From: Candidatus Poribacteria bacterium
GTDB lineage: Bacteria; Poribacteria; WGA-4E; WGA-3G
Direction: 5' to 3'
NCBI GenBank assembly: GCA_965205015.1
Contig: OZ242029.1
Span: forward strand, 1,280,001 to 1,344,000
Length of the DNA stretch: 64,000 nucleotides
Shown here piece after piece: positions 41,890 to 53,693 of the stretch. The notes under the pieces are model-generated. The model had not been told where the DNA came from, did no database searches, and saw only the letters and a program-made list of their open reading frames with translations. Position 1 is the stretch's first letter. Every line of letters starts with the position of its first letter. A program made the translations under genes and the position numbers.

Positions 41890-43194
41890 CTACAGAAGAG
41901 CGGAAATTTTTTCTCGGAGGCGTTGGTATGCCAGGTTTGCGCCAGCGATGTTGCCTGCAGCGGGACCTATTTGAAGTTGCGCGATAGTGCCAGATCCGAA
42001 GAGATTCTCGATGGGATGGAGTTGTAAATCGGTATCCAATCGTGGGAGTCCACAGACAAGCGGGACGTGGTGTTGTGTGAGTAATTCCCTTAAAAATCCG
42101 TATCGACGCAGGTCAAATCTATGCCCCGTTGCGAGGATAACGCGAGACACATCCGTAATCACGCCACGTGTCGTTTCAACCCTTAGTTTTCGCGCAGGCA
42201 GACTTCCTTCCTCCGTCGTGATGTTGTGGATACGGGTCTCAGGATAGATGTCAATGTTCGGGGTATGCAACAAGGCATCCATAATATCGGGCGTGATGCT
42301 CCCTTCCCCTCTGTTCTGTTGAATTGTCTCATAACGCCGCTGAAAATCGGTCTCGCTTGCGAATTCGGCGAGTGCTTTGGGACCTAACCACACCGGCGGA
42401 AAATCGAACTGCTCCGTCTTCAACGCTTTCCGAGCCATCAGTGCCACACTATGCCCGCGTTCGCTGAGACTTTTCGCAAGTGTCCCCGCCGTCAACCCAC
42501 CGCCAACGATAACAATTTGGTCTCCTTTGTAGGGGCTGGGTAACCCAGCCCCTACCTGCTTATCCTCACAATTCACCGAGAATTGGGAGGCGTGTAAAAT
42601 CTGATCAGGGTATCGACGTTGCCACTGGACGAACTCAGGAGGGACGTAAGCGCAATCGTCTGCTCCGATGGCAAGGACAACACAACTGCTCCGAAATCCT
42701 TCATTATTTGTTGAGATGAGGCGGAAGGGAAATCTACCTGCGCCTTTGTCCCACCGCAATTTCGCTACATCAAACTGATAATAGACCCGATGTTCTCTGA
42801 GTTCAGCAAGCGCACTTTTGCAGAAATCCCAAAAGAGTTGCGTGGAGGGTTGCGAATAGGGGGGTGCCAACGCATTCGTTCGGTTATGGCGTTCAGCATA
42901 TTCAACGATACCGAGCGCATCGGGCGTAATGTGATGGACAGCGGGTGAACGGAGAAACGTCATGCCTTGGCGTTCGGTTTTAGATCGCCATTGGGTGAGG
43001 GGTTGCGGATGCCGATCAACAATCGCGAGGCTTTTCGCGGCTGCTGGCATATCGCGGAGCAACCGGATTGCGATAGACACACCGTGTATCCCACCACCGA
43101 TGATGGTAATCGGGACGTTCCGATGTGCCAAGCGGCTGTCGGCTGTCGGCTGTCGGCAAAGAGGTCTTCTAACTGACGACTGGTGGCTATTCAT
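41890..43194 (-). CDS. FAD/NAD(P)-binding oxidoreductase (flavin monooxygenase-like)
   Basis: IIGGGIHG, LRSP, IVGGGLTA, ILATG; start uncertain because the N-terminus is a repeat element. Confidence 0.8.
   Translation of the reverse strand: MNSHQSSVRRPLCRQPTADSRLAHRNVPITIIGGGIHGVSIAIRLLRDMPAAAKSLAIVDRHPQPLTQWRSKTERQGMTFLRSPAVHHITPDALGIVEYAERHNRTNALAPPYSQPSTQLFWDFCKSALAELREHRVYYQFDVAKLRWDKGAGRFPFRLISTNNEGFRSSCVVLAIGADDCAYVPPEFVQWQRRYPDQILHASQFSVNCEDKQVGAGLPSPYKGDQIVIVGGGLTAGTLAKSLSERGHSVALMARKALKTEQFDFPPVWLGPKALAEFASETDFQRRYETIQQNRGEGSITPDIMDALLHTPNIDIYPETRIHNITTEEGSLPARKLRVETTRGVITDVSRVILATGHRFDLRRYGFLRELLTQHHVPLVCGLPRLDTDLQLHPIENLFGSGTIAQLQIGPAAGNIAGANLAYQRLREKISALL
42529..42555. repeat. GTAG-type REP-like palindrome, in frame inside a CDS
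   Basis: GTAGGGGCTGGGTAACCCAGCCCCTAC, 27 bp, encodes VGAGLPSPY. Confidence 0.8.
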
Positions 43195-43205
43195 CCTGTA
43201 GAAAT

Positions 43206-44159
43206 CTAATCCGTATTCGGTGCTGGTAGATGTACGCTTTTCAACGCGAAGGTTTGTGACAACGGTTCATCAACGGCACGATAACGACTGTAACGATACT
43301 GGACAACCCCAACGGAGGGTGCGATCCAATAAATTGCGGGTGGACTAATTAAGAAAACCGACGGCTCTGGACTGTCTCCGTAGACGACCTCCTCGTGAAC
43401 GACATACGTCGTATAACTACCGGCGGGGACGGTAACCCGCTCATTGTCGCTTACGACATAGCGCGTAACCGTGACCGGTATTCCGGCGGTCTTCTCAAAA
43501 ACCACCCACTCTTTCCCGACTTCCAAAGGAAAATCCAAGAGACGACGCGGCGGAAAATGCTTTCGGTGAGATATACGGAGAAACCCGAGATTCTCAGCGT
43601 CTGGAAGGTACATGTCAAACGCGGATTCTATCAACGCCTGATGGGTCTTAGCAAAGTAAGTGGCAAAAATTGGGAACGAGAATCCGTCAAAAAATTCGGT
43701 TTCTATCCGCAAATAATATGCGTTCGCTACTAAGTGATCAACAGCCTCAACACTGAATTGGTCGGGCTCCCCGGTGGTCAATTCGCTGATGGTGAGTTGT
43801 CGATGCGTTGTGCCACTGACATCGCGTGTGCCTTCGACGCGCATTGTGAATTCCTGATTGGTATCAACATTGACATAAGTCCATGCGGAACCTGGAGCCG
43901 TTGGAAGATCAATCGCTTGGAATCCTCTGGTCTCAGGTGGTGGAAGTGTCGTTTCGCCGTACGGGTCAATCAGCCCCTCATCTCCACACCCCACCAACAG
44001 CAGGAAAAGAAGTATGATAGGAAAGGTTTTCGGTATTTGGCTGGAAGGTTGGAAGGCTAGAAGGATAGAGTCCGACGCTTCCACGCTTCCACGCTTCCAT
44101 TCCGGGCTCTTTGCCGACGGCTGACGGCTGACGGCTGACAACTGATAACTTTTCATCAC
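43206..44159 (-). CDS. putative lipoprotein
   Basis: LLVGC lipobox, G..WTY, VTVPAGSY, WIAP.VG.V; N-terminal ~40 aa are repeat-derived, true start uncertain. Confidence 0.65.
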   Translation of the reverse strand: MMKSYQLSAVSRQPSAKSPEWKRGSVEASDSILLAFQPSSQIPKTFPIILLFLLLVGCGDEGLIDPYGETTLPPPETRGFQAIDLPTAPGSAWTYVNVDTNQEFTMRVEGTRDVSGTTHRQLTISELTTGEPDQFSVEAVDHLVANAYYLRIETEFFDGFSFPIFATYFAKTHQALIESAFDMYLPDAENLGFLRISHRKHFPPRRLLDFPLEVGKEWVVFEKTAGIPVTVTRYVVSDNERVTVPAGSYTTYVVHEEVVYGDSPEPSVFLISPPAIYWIAPSVGVVQYRYSRYRAVDEPLSQTFALKSVHLPAPNTD

Positions 44160-46762
44160 TTTATCACACTAAATTTGCCGGTGCTTTGGAATCCGTTTCC
44201 ATCGGTTGCCCGGAAGAAGTATAATCCGGTGCAGACCATTTCGCCGTGTGCGTTCGTGCAATCCCACTCGGAAGCCCCCTCCAGTACCTTAATTAAGTTT
44301 CCCAAAGCATCGTAGATTTCAACGGTTAAACCCTTCGGATAGAAGGTGAGGTGTTTGCCTTGTCCCGCATAAAGCGGGTTCGGTGCGACGACAACATTTC
44401 GGTTCTGGCTGTTTGCGACATAATTGAAGGTGCGTCCCTGCCATATCTGAGTGCCTGCTAAGCCGGCAGCGGTTTGTCCGCGTATTTTATAGAGATAGAT
44501 ACCTGTCGATGGAAACCCGTTCGTTCGGAGTGTTCCAAACCATCTCGTCTCGGTTTCTTGTGTCAAAAAAACAGTGTATTCATTTCTATTCGGACCCTCC
44601 ACTGTCAGGTGAGGTGAAGCTTGTAATGGGCGCGTGCTTTGGACTTCAACATTCCATTCGCCTATACCGTGGGGGTGCGTCCGAATGAAGAAGGCAGGTG
44701 CTCCACTCACGGTATCCACACCCGGCGTGATACTCTGCGGGACAATACTCGGTGTACCCATAAGTCCTATTGCGTCAACAGGCACAACGGCATAGTAATA
44801 GTGGAGATTGTTCGGATCAAAGAACTCGCTGTTGATATCAATTCCCTCAAAGACAGTGGGATCTTCAAACCGCGTTTGTGTGACATCAACACGCCCAACG
44901 ATGGCTATATCGTTTTCGGGAATACCGTTGCCATCGCTGTCGGCAGCAGCGAGCACTTCATCGGGATTCTGAAAAGGCAACGGGACATCCGTTTCATTCT
45001 GTAACATATAGCGTTTTCGGATGATTGCCACCTCTCGAATCTGCGCCGGATCGTCAACATTCCAAGTCACAAGAGGTCCGTTAGCACCTTGAACGACCTG
45101 TGCGCTTGAAAGCACACCTACCGGTGGCACGCCCGCCACATAGCTGACAGAGCCGCCAAAACTCCCACCCGGAATTACGACGCGCTCAACATCGGGGTGC
45201 ATATTAATTAAGATGAGCGTGATCTCCTGAATATCTCCGCCGAAATCCTTGAAGGTCATCTGTGCTTCTTGGGAACGGTGATAGGTAAACGCCTCCTTGA
45301 TTTGAGTGGTCCCATCCCGTTTCTTGACGATGAATTTGGCAGCCCATCCACGCAAACCGGTCCCTGCGTGCCGCTGCAGTTCGTCTTGAATGTTCTCCCG
45401 ATCATCAGGTGCCAAGTGTTGGAGGCTTATTGGTGCGAGATCGGCGCCATCAATTTTGACTGCGAATTCCGGCAGCAGACCTGCGGGACGGAAAACGATA
45501 TAGCGTGACGAGAAATGTTCAGGCATTGATTCGGAATCGAAATCGGAGCGAACCGGGTAACTGGCATGGACATCGTTGGGATGAATCGCGACCGGTGGGA
45601 AGCGGTGTGCGTTTCTATAGCCCGACATTCCAGTTGCTGTATTCGCACGGGTATGCGTGAAATAGTTCCAGACCGTGAAGGTCTTGAACGCCTCGGCAAG
45701 CGTGGTGCCGTTATTCGTAAAAACCTCGTAAAAATTGCCCATCTCTCGATAACTGCCATCGGTGGTGTTCTGGAAAAATTGGCGGACGATGTCGTATCCG
45801 AACCGCTCCGCCATATACAACGCCCAGATAACGGAGCCGTACTCGTGGTCGCCGATGCGGCTCTCAAGGGAAATATCTGGAATGAGAAACCAACGACGGA
45901 GTTGATGGATATAATAGTTATAGGAGTTGGTTTCGTTGGGTTCATCGGGATCGGGGAGCGTATCGCCATCGTCAATAACGCCGCCATCGTACGTCATGAC
46001 TTCTATCCACGTTGCGGACGCTTCCATGAACCATGTCGGCATATAAGCGTTATATCCGAACTGGACACCGTGCAGGAATTCATGTGTGCAGGTTGTCTCA
46101 AGATAGCGGATCCCCTCGGTTTTTCCAACGTAATCGTAGATACGGGAGTTAATCATGAAATAGGGAGCGACGGTCAGTACGGTGGATAAGACGCGTCCTT
46201 CAAACCAATCTGCGGTCGTGATACCGAGTGCTGGAAAGGTAAAGAGGTAGACATCGTATTTATGATTGCCACCGTTTTGTGCCGCCCAAAAGTCGATGTA
46301 GGGAATTTTGAAGTCCATTAGGTCAATTTGGACGTGATATGCGCGTTCCATTGCATCGGCACAGAGATCAATATAATCGGGAACGCCATTGCGCGGATGG
46401 AAATCTTCAAGCGGTGGTGCATGCGGTCCGACGCGCGTGTAATGGAGTTTAAAATGCGGCGTGTCGAACTTCTCTGGTAACTCTATCTCACCGAAGAAAC
46501 TGCCGGGCAGTCCGGGTCGCAGGAAAAGTCCTTTCAGTTTCTGCCGATGCACAGAGGGTAAGTTTCGCCAATTCTTAGCGATAGTGACAAAACTATCGGT
46601 TACACACTCGGTTATTTCGCTTGCGGTGTATCTCGGTTTGAGACGGGTGAATTGTTGAGCCGTTTGGATCGCGCGTTGGAGTTCGGGGTCTGGTGGAAGC
46701 GCGTGCACAAGAGGTAAGTATGTTATAAAGAGTGCAACGAGGGTTATAAACGATAATTTCAT
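44156..46762 (-). CDS. secreted putative zinc metallopeptidase with C-terminal secretion/FlgD-like domain
   Basis: signal peptide, HEFLH..Q..Y...WF.EASA, C-terminus APNP..IYD..G..WD..TGLYF..GKF.VIK. Confidence 0.75.
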   Translation of the reverse strand: MKLSFITLVALFITYLPLVHALPPDPELQRAIQTAQQFTRLKPRYTASEITECVTDSFVTIAKNWRNLPSVHRQKLKGLFLRPGLPGSFFGEIELPEKFDTPHFKLHYTRVGPHAPPLEDFHPRNGVPDYIDLCADAMERAYHVQIDLMDFKIPYIDFWAAQNGGNHKYDVYLFTFPALGITTADWFEGRVLSTVLTVAPYFMINSRIYDYVGKTEGIRYLETTCTHEFLHGVQFGYNAYMPTWFMEASATWIEVMTYDGGVIDDGDTLPDPDEPNETNSYNYYIHQLRRWFLIPDISLESRIGDHEYGSVIWALYMAERFGYDIVRQFFQNTTDGSYREMGNFYEVFTNNGTTLAEAFKTFTVWNYFTHTRANTATGMSGYRNAHRFPPVAIHPNDVHASYPVRSDFDSESMPEHFSSRYIVFRPAGLLPEFAVKIDGADLAPISLQHLAPDDRENIQDELQRHAGTGLRGWAAKFIVKKRDGTTQIKEAFTYHRSQEAQMTFKDFGGDIQEITLILINMHPDVERVVIPGGSFGGSVSYVAGVPPVGVLSSAQVVQGANGPLVTWNVDDPAQIREVAIIRKRYMLQNETDVPLPFQNPDEVLAAADSDGNGIPENDIAIVGRVDVTQTRFEDPTVFEGIDINSEFFDPNNLHYYYAVVPVDAIGLMGTPSIVPQSITPGVDTVSGAPAFFIRTHPHGIGEWNVEVQSTRPLQASPHLTVEGPNRNEYTVFLTQETETRWFGTLRTNGFPSTGIYLYKIRGQTAAGLAGTQIWQGRTFNYVANSQNRNVVVAPNPLYAGQGKHLTFYPKGLTVEIYDALGNLIKVLEGASEWDCTNAHGEMVCTGLYFFRATDGNGFQSTGKFSVIK

Positions 46763-46771
46763 ATTTTTTAA

Positions 46772-46865
46772 TAGTTATCAGTTGTCAGTTGTCAGTTTTC
46801 GGTTAACAAGAGAGGTTTAACGCGCACGAAAACCCCCTTTAACTGATCACTGAAATCAACAACTG
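46772..46865. repeat. heptamer-arm palindromic element
   Basis: AGTTATCAGTTGTCAGTTGTCAGTTTTCGGTTAA ... TTAACTGATCACTGAAATCAACAACT. Confidence 0.7.
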
Positions 46866-46866
46866 C

Positions 46867-47406
46867 TCAAGCAAAATGGGTTGGTTTTCCATCAAGGCTG
46901 GTGTGATTAGTTTCTTTCCAATATGCTTCTACGCCGTCTTCGCCCTTTTTCGCTGCCCACGCGTTTAACTGCTCCCTCTCACCGACATAATCATAAACCG
47001 GGACAGCCATTCCACACGAGGTTTGCACGAGGTCAACGTTGAGGTCAAAGATCTGCCTTGCTCCTGGGAGCGGCGTGAACAAAGGGAAGAGCAATTGCCA
47101 TTCGGCATCGTCTTTGTGTATCGTCTTCGCAGTGCCGTAGAGTCGGAGAATCATGGGATTATCTTGAAAAGCGGTAAACATAAGTGTCATTCGCGGGTTT
47201 TCCTGAACGTGCGCGGCGGTTTCATTCCCACTTCCCGTTACATTTAACCAAGCGACGCGGTTTGGACCCAAGACACGCAACGAATCCATGCCTTTCGGGG
47301 ACAGATTGATTCTGCTATCGGCTGTCGCGGTTGCGACAAAGAAGATTTTTTGTTCACTGATAAATTGCTGTAGTTTCTGGGGGATTTCAGTGTATAATTT
47401 TGACAT
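46867..47406 (-). CDS. pyridoxamine 5'-phosphate oxidase family FMN-binding protein
   Basis: FFVATA, NLSPKG, TGSGNET, VQTSCG.AVP; start taken at MSKLY. Confidence 0.85.
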   Translation of the reverse strand: MSKLYTEIPQKLQQFISEQKIFFVATATADSRINLSPKGMDSLRVLGPNRVAWLNVTGSGNETAAHVQENPRMTLMFTAFQDNPMILRLYGTAKTIHKDDAEWQLLFPLFTPLPGARQIFDLNVDLVQTSCGMAVPVYDYVGEREQLNAWAAKKGEDGVEAYWKETNHTSLDGKPTHFA

Positions 47407-47478
47407 CGTGTTAAGCCCTTGCTGTTTTGAAGGCGGCCAAGATAAGATGTAATCCACTCAACCGCCGACTCAAAAAAC

Positions 47479-48261
47479 TTAATGCGCTTTGATTGCCCCC
47501 CACGTGAGGGCAAGTTTCCCTGCGGGTTCAACATCAAAGGCGATTTGGTAATTTTCCATGACCTCTTTGTCATCTAAGGCACGATGATAGACAGCGACAT
47601 CGTCAATCAAACCCTCAAAATAGAAGGGTTTGATAAAGGCATTCCGGTCGTGTCCGACTGCGACGACAACATGGCTGCGTGTATCGCGACTGTTTATCTT
47701 TCCATCCGCCTCGGCATCGAGTTCACCGTTGATATAGAGGAACTTTTTCTCGTCCTCACCCGCAGCAACGAACGTTACGTGCGTCCATTCGTCCGCTTCA
47801 ACAGCCGTCTCAGTTTTGAAGACACCGAATCCGTCGCCCCCTCTTTGGGTTTGTATCGTGCCATCCGCTAAAAGTTCCAGCCATGAATCACCCCCGCCCT
47901 GTGGATCATCGTCCCAGATAATAACTTTAGGACCCTCGGGTAGGGCTGCGGGTTTAATCCACATGGCGTAGGTCAGATCCTGTCCTGTGGTGGCGGCGCC
48001 CATGACGACATAATCTTCTTCACCGTTAAAACTGAGTGCGTCTCCGACAATGCCTTCTACAATTTTCGGGGCACCCTTAATCTCCCCATCGTTTTCACCG
48101 AGGGCATCCTTGGCGACCTTGGCATCGGTATCAGCCTTATCAAAGGTCCAATGCCCGCCTAATCCGTCTTCAAGAGATTGTGCGTGTGTCACCGCTATAG
48201 GCGCGGACGTGAAGACGAGAACTACCGCGCAAAAGAGTGTAAGGAATAGACCTAATTTCAT
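47479..48261 (-). CDS. secreted LamG-domain protein with C-terminal TWGxIK motif
   Basis: HWTFD, ALSFNG, WTHV, LYING, FEGLIDDVAVY.RAL; RBS GGAGG. Confidence 0.85.
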   Translation of the reverse strand: MKLGLFLTLFCAVVLVFTSAPIAVTHAQSLEDGLGGHWTFDKADTDAKVAKDALGENDGEIKGAPKIVEGIVGDALSFNGEEDYVVMGAATTGQDLTYAMWIKPAALPEGPKVIIWDDDPQGGGDSWLELLADGTIQTQRGGDGFGVFKTETAVEADEWTHVTFVAAGEDEKKFLYINGELDAEADGKINSRDTRSHVVVAVGHDRNAFIKPFYFEGLIDDVAVYHRALDDKEVMENYQIAFDVEPAGKLALTWGAIKAH

Positions 48262-48462
48262 TGGTTCACCTCCTGGGTTTGTAAACCCATGACGTGCAAT
48301 GTGTTCTTCTTGTAGAAGCGAAATGCTTGCCACTTTTATTTGATGTATATTATATATCGTTTTGGGGGTATATGCAAGGGAAACCTCTTCTTGGTCCAAA
48401 GCCTTTCAGTTACTGGAGATGTGTCAGCGAGGAAGAGATACGTCACGATCAGGAGCGCGCTT

Positions 48463-49104
48463 TTACAAATCTTTGAGGGTTGCCCATGTGGTTGCCAACT
48501 TATGGGTGGGTTCAACGGTGTGTGGTTCGGCACCCTCGATATCAGCAACGAATTCACCTTCATAGAGACGGATGTGGTCGAGCCAGACATCCGCTTTTTG
48601 TCCACCCATGATGATGCCAGCGCGTGTACTCACATCATCTGCTGTCATTTTGAACGTGATGAAGAATTCCTTCCACGTTTCAGACAGATTGATTGTCTGC
48701 CTCGCGTATTCGTTCCACGGATCGCCTTGATGTAGGATGCGCATGACGACAGTTCTCGGTTTTTCGCTCTTCGCCCACAAACTGTAGGTATAGGTGGTGC
48801 CTTTCTCCAGCGTGAAAGGTTGCTGATAGAACTGGACATGCCATACGGCGTTACCTGCGTTACTGATTTTGATATACACCACTTTCTTTCCGACAACGGG
48901 TTCGGCTTTTTTGCCTTCAGGTTGAAAGAGGGCGGTGGCATCGGCATGTGTCCAGTGGTGCCATGCTTCGAGGTTGAGGTCGAAATCACCATTTCTGAGA
49001 ATATTTTCAGGAGGCTTCTCGGCATAAGCGTGTGTTGCGAACCCGAAAAACACCGTCAATAGAAACAGATACATGTAAGTCAAAGTTCCGTGAGTTGTGT
49101 TCAT
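48463..49104 (-). CDS. secreted CBM4/9 carbohydrate-binding protein with C-terminal TWAxLK motif
   Basis: NILRNGDF, WHVQFYQ, YTYSLWAKS, WLDHIRL. Confidence 0.8.
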   Translation of the reverse strand: MNTTHGTLTYMYLFLLTVFFGFATHAYAEKPPENILRNGDFDLNLEAWHHWTHADATALFQPEGKKAEPVVGKKVVYIKISNAGNAVWHVQFYQQPFTLEKGTTYTYSLWAKSEKPRTVVMRILHQGDPWNEYARQTINLSETWKEFFITFKMTADDVSTRAGIIMGGQKADVWLDHIRLYEGEFVADIEGAEPHTVEPTHKLATTWATLKDL

Positions 49105-49204
49105 CTCCACCTTCCTTGTCGTGCTCGCCGTCATGTTCTGAGTCATTTTCGCCGGGTTCCCCGTCATGGCTATGCTCACCACTTCCGAAGGGGTTTACCA
49201 TAAC

Positions 49205-49230
49205 AAAAAAGGCAGGTGATGCACCTGCCT
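49205..49230 (-). terminator. intrinsic terminator after 5S rRNA
   Basis: AGGCAGGTG-CAT-CACCTGCCT followed by a U tract. Confidence 0.85.
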
Positions 49231-49241
49231 CTTGAAAGGAT

Positions 49242-49358
49242 TCCCGGCAACGACCTACTTTCCCGCGGGGTTGCCCCCGAAGTATCATCAGCGCTGAAGG
49301 GCTTAACTACCGTGTTCGGGATGGGAACGGGTGGGTCCCCTTCGCTATAGCCACCGGA
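49242..49358 (-). rRNA. rrf: 5S rRNA
   Basis: CCGGTGGCTATAGCG...CCCATCCCGAACAC..AGTTAAGC...AGTAGGTCGTTGCCGG. Confidence 0.96.
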
Positions 49359-49450
49359 AAATTGTTTGTATGGCTCAGTATGATGTCCGAGCCGTTACAA
49401 GAGTATTTGACAATTGTATATAATGTGAGGGGTCAGTAGAAGAGAAGAAG

Positions 49451-52418
<2,968 letters not shown>

Positions 52419-52492
52419 GTAATCTTATTCTTCTACCGATTTACCCTCTATATACAATTGTCAAAGAACAACGCCTATTCAATCATAGGCGA

Positions 52493-52561
52493 TGGAGCTG
52501 AACGGGGTCGAACCGTTTTCTGCCACACTGATGGCAGATGCTCACCTGAATGAGCTACTCC
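52493..52561 (-). pseudogene. degenerate tRNA-like element (resembles tRNA-Ala)
   Basis: D arm GCTC/GAGC, T arm AACGG-TTCGACC-CCGTT, 3' CAGCTCCA; abnormal anticodon arm and short acceptor 5' strand. Confidence 0.65.
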
Positions 52562-52582
52562 TAACGTTCATCTATGGTATGT

Positions 52583-52611
52583 AGTATACCACAAAAAATT
52601 AACTTTGTCAA
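52583..52611 (-). promoter_or_regulatory. promoter upstream of the tRNA-like element and 23S
   Basis: TTGACA-17nt-TATACT with TG extension and AT-rich upstream tract. Confidence 0.75.
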
Positions 52612-52699
52612 ATTTATTTTGCAAAAAAATCTAATTTTCGCCAAATTTGACCCGTTATCGCTTTATTTTTTAGCGTGAAAGCCGAGCCTGTAACCCGGA

Positions 52700-52772
52700 T
52701 GGAGATGAGCGGATTTGAACCGCTGACCTTCTGGTTGCAAACCAGATGCTCTCCCAACTGAGCTACACCCCC
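52700..52772 (-). tRNA. tRNA-Ala(TGC), CCA not encoded
   Basis: GGGGGTGTAGCTCAGTTGGGAGAGC...TTTGCAA...GGTTCAAATCC...CATCTCCA. Confidence 0.95.
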
Positions 52773-52786
52773 AAACGATCATATGT

Positions 52787-52865
52787 AGTATACACCAAAA
52801 AGCGATACATGTCAAATTTATTTTGCAACAGAGTTAAGTATACCACAAAAAGCGATACATGTCAA
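52787..52865 (-). promoter_or_regulatory. two tandem promoters (50-bp period) upstream of tRNA-Ala
   Basis: TTGACA-17nt-TATACT at 52787-52815 and 52837-52865. Confidence 0.75.
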
Positions 52866-52886
52866 ATTTATTTTCAATTTAATACG

Positions 52887-53693
52887 TTATCTGGGGACGT
52901 TCCACCCCAATACAGGTCCACCCATTGGGATTCCGAGTCTTTCGTATCGTTCTTTGTCCTTTTTCCACCTTTTTAAGTTCGCTTTTGTGGCATCTGAGGG
53001 ATAGAGGTGGACTTCTGCCGTATAGAGTTCTATTGCTTCATCAATGGTAAGTCCGATGCCGTATCGGAATTTCTGCTTGAGTCGGAGATAGGTGCGGACT
53101 TCTGGAATATCTCCGAATTTCTTGATGAAAGGGTTGTGAGGACTCGGATTGTCTGGGTCATCCGTGAAAGGGTTAACGAGGACAAAATCTGGGGACACCT
53201 GTTTATCACGGACGGATGGGTTTTGAACGAACTCCTTACTGGCATCCACTACGGCATCAAGGATATAGGAGGGTAAATGCTCACGCACGGGGATTCCGAG
53301 TCTTTGGTACCGCTGTTTATCTGCTTTCAGATCCTTTAACATTTCCTTTGCAGCAGGGGTGGGATAGAGGTGGACTTCTGCCGTATAGAGTTCTATTGCC
53401 TCATCAATGGTAAGTCCGATGCCGCGTCCAAGTTTTTGCTTCAATCGGAGATAGGTGCGGACTTCTGGAATATCTCCAAATTTCTTGATGAAGGGGTTGT
53501 GAGGACTCGGATTGTTTGGATCATCCGTGAGCGGGTTAACGAGGGCAAAATCTGGCGATACCCGTTTATCACCGGTGGGTGGGTTTTGAAGGGGCTCCTT
53601 GACACGCCTTGCACTGCAACCGGACAGCAGGGTTATAAAAATAACAAAAAAAATCAAGTTCGCGGGGGTCGCTTCCGTAGTCGTTTCATCCAT
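52887..53693 (-). CDS. lipoprotein with an internal tandem duplication (363-bp period) of a GDIPEV domain
   Basis: LLSGC lipobox; two near-identical FGDIPEVRTY...AEVHLYP units; 5' end overlaps pafA. Confidence 0.7.
   Translation of the reverse strand: MDETTTEATPANLIFFVIFITLLSGCSARRVKEPLQNPPTGDKRVSPDFALVNPLTDDPNNPSPHNPFIKKFGDIPEVRTYLRLKQKLGRGIGLTIDEAIELYTAEVHLYPTPAAKEMLKDLKADKQRYQRLGIPVREHLPSYILDAVVDASKEFVQNPSVRDKQVSPDFVLVNPFTDDPDNPSPHNPFIKKFGDIPEVRTYLRLKQKFRYGIGLTIDEAIELYTAEVHLYPSDATKANLKRWKKDKERYERLGIPMGGPVLGWNVPR

Noticed and set aside
52525-52545. TCA in the loop of the tRNA-like element as a selenocysteine or opal suppressor anticodon
   Set aside because: Loop geometry is wrong, and there is no long variable arm or extended acceptor stem.
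52780-52880. Direct repeats as a CRISPR array
   Set aside because: Only two tandem units, matching promoter consensus; no spacers and no cas genes in the window.
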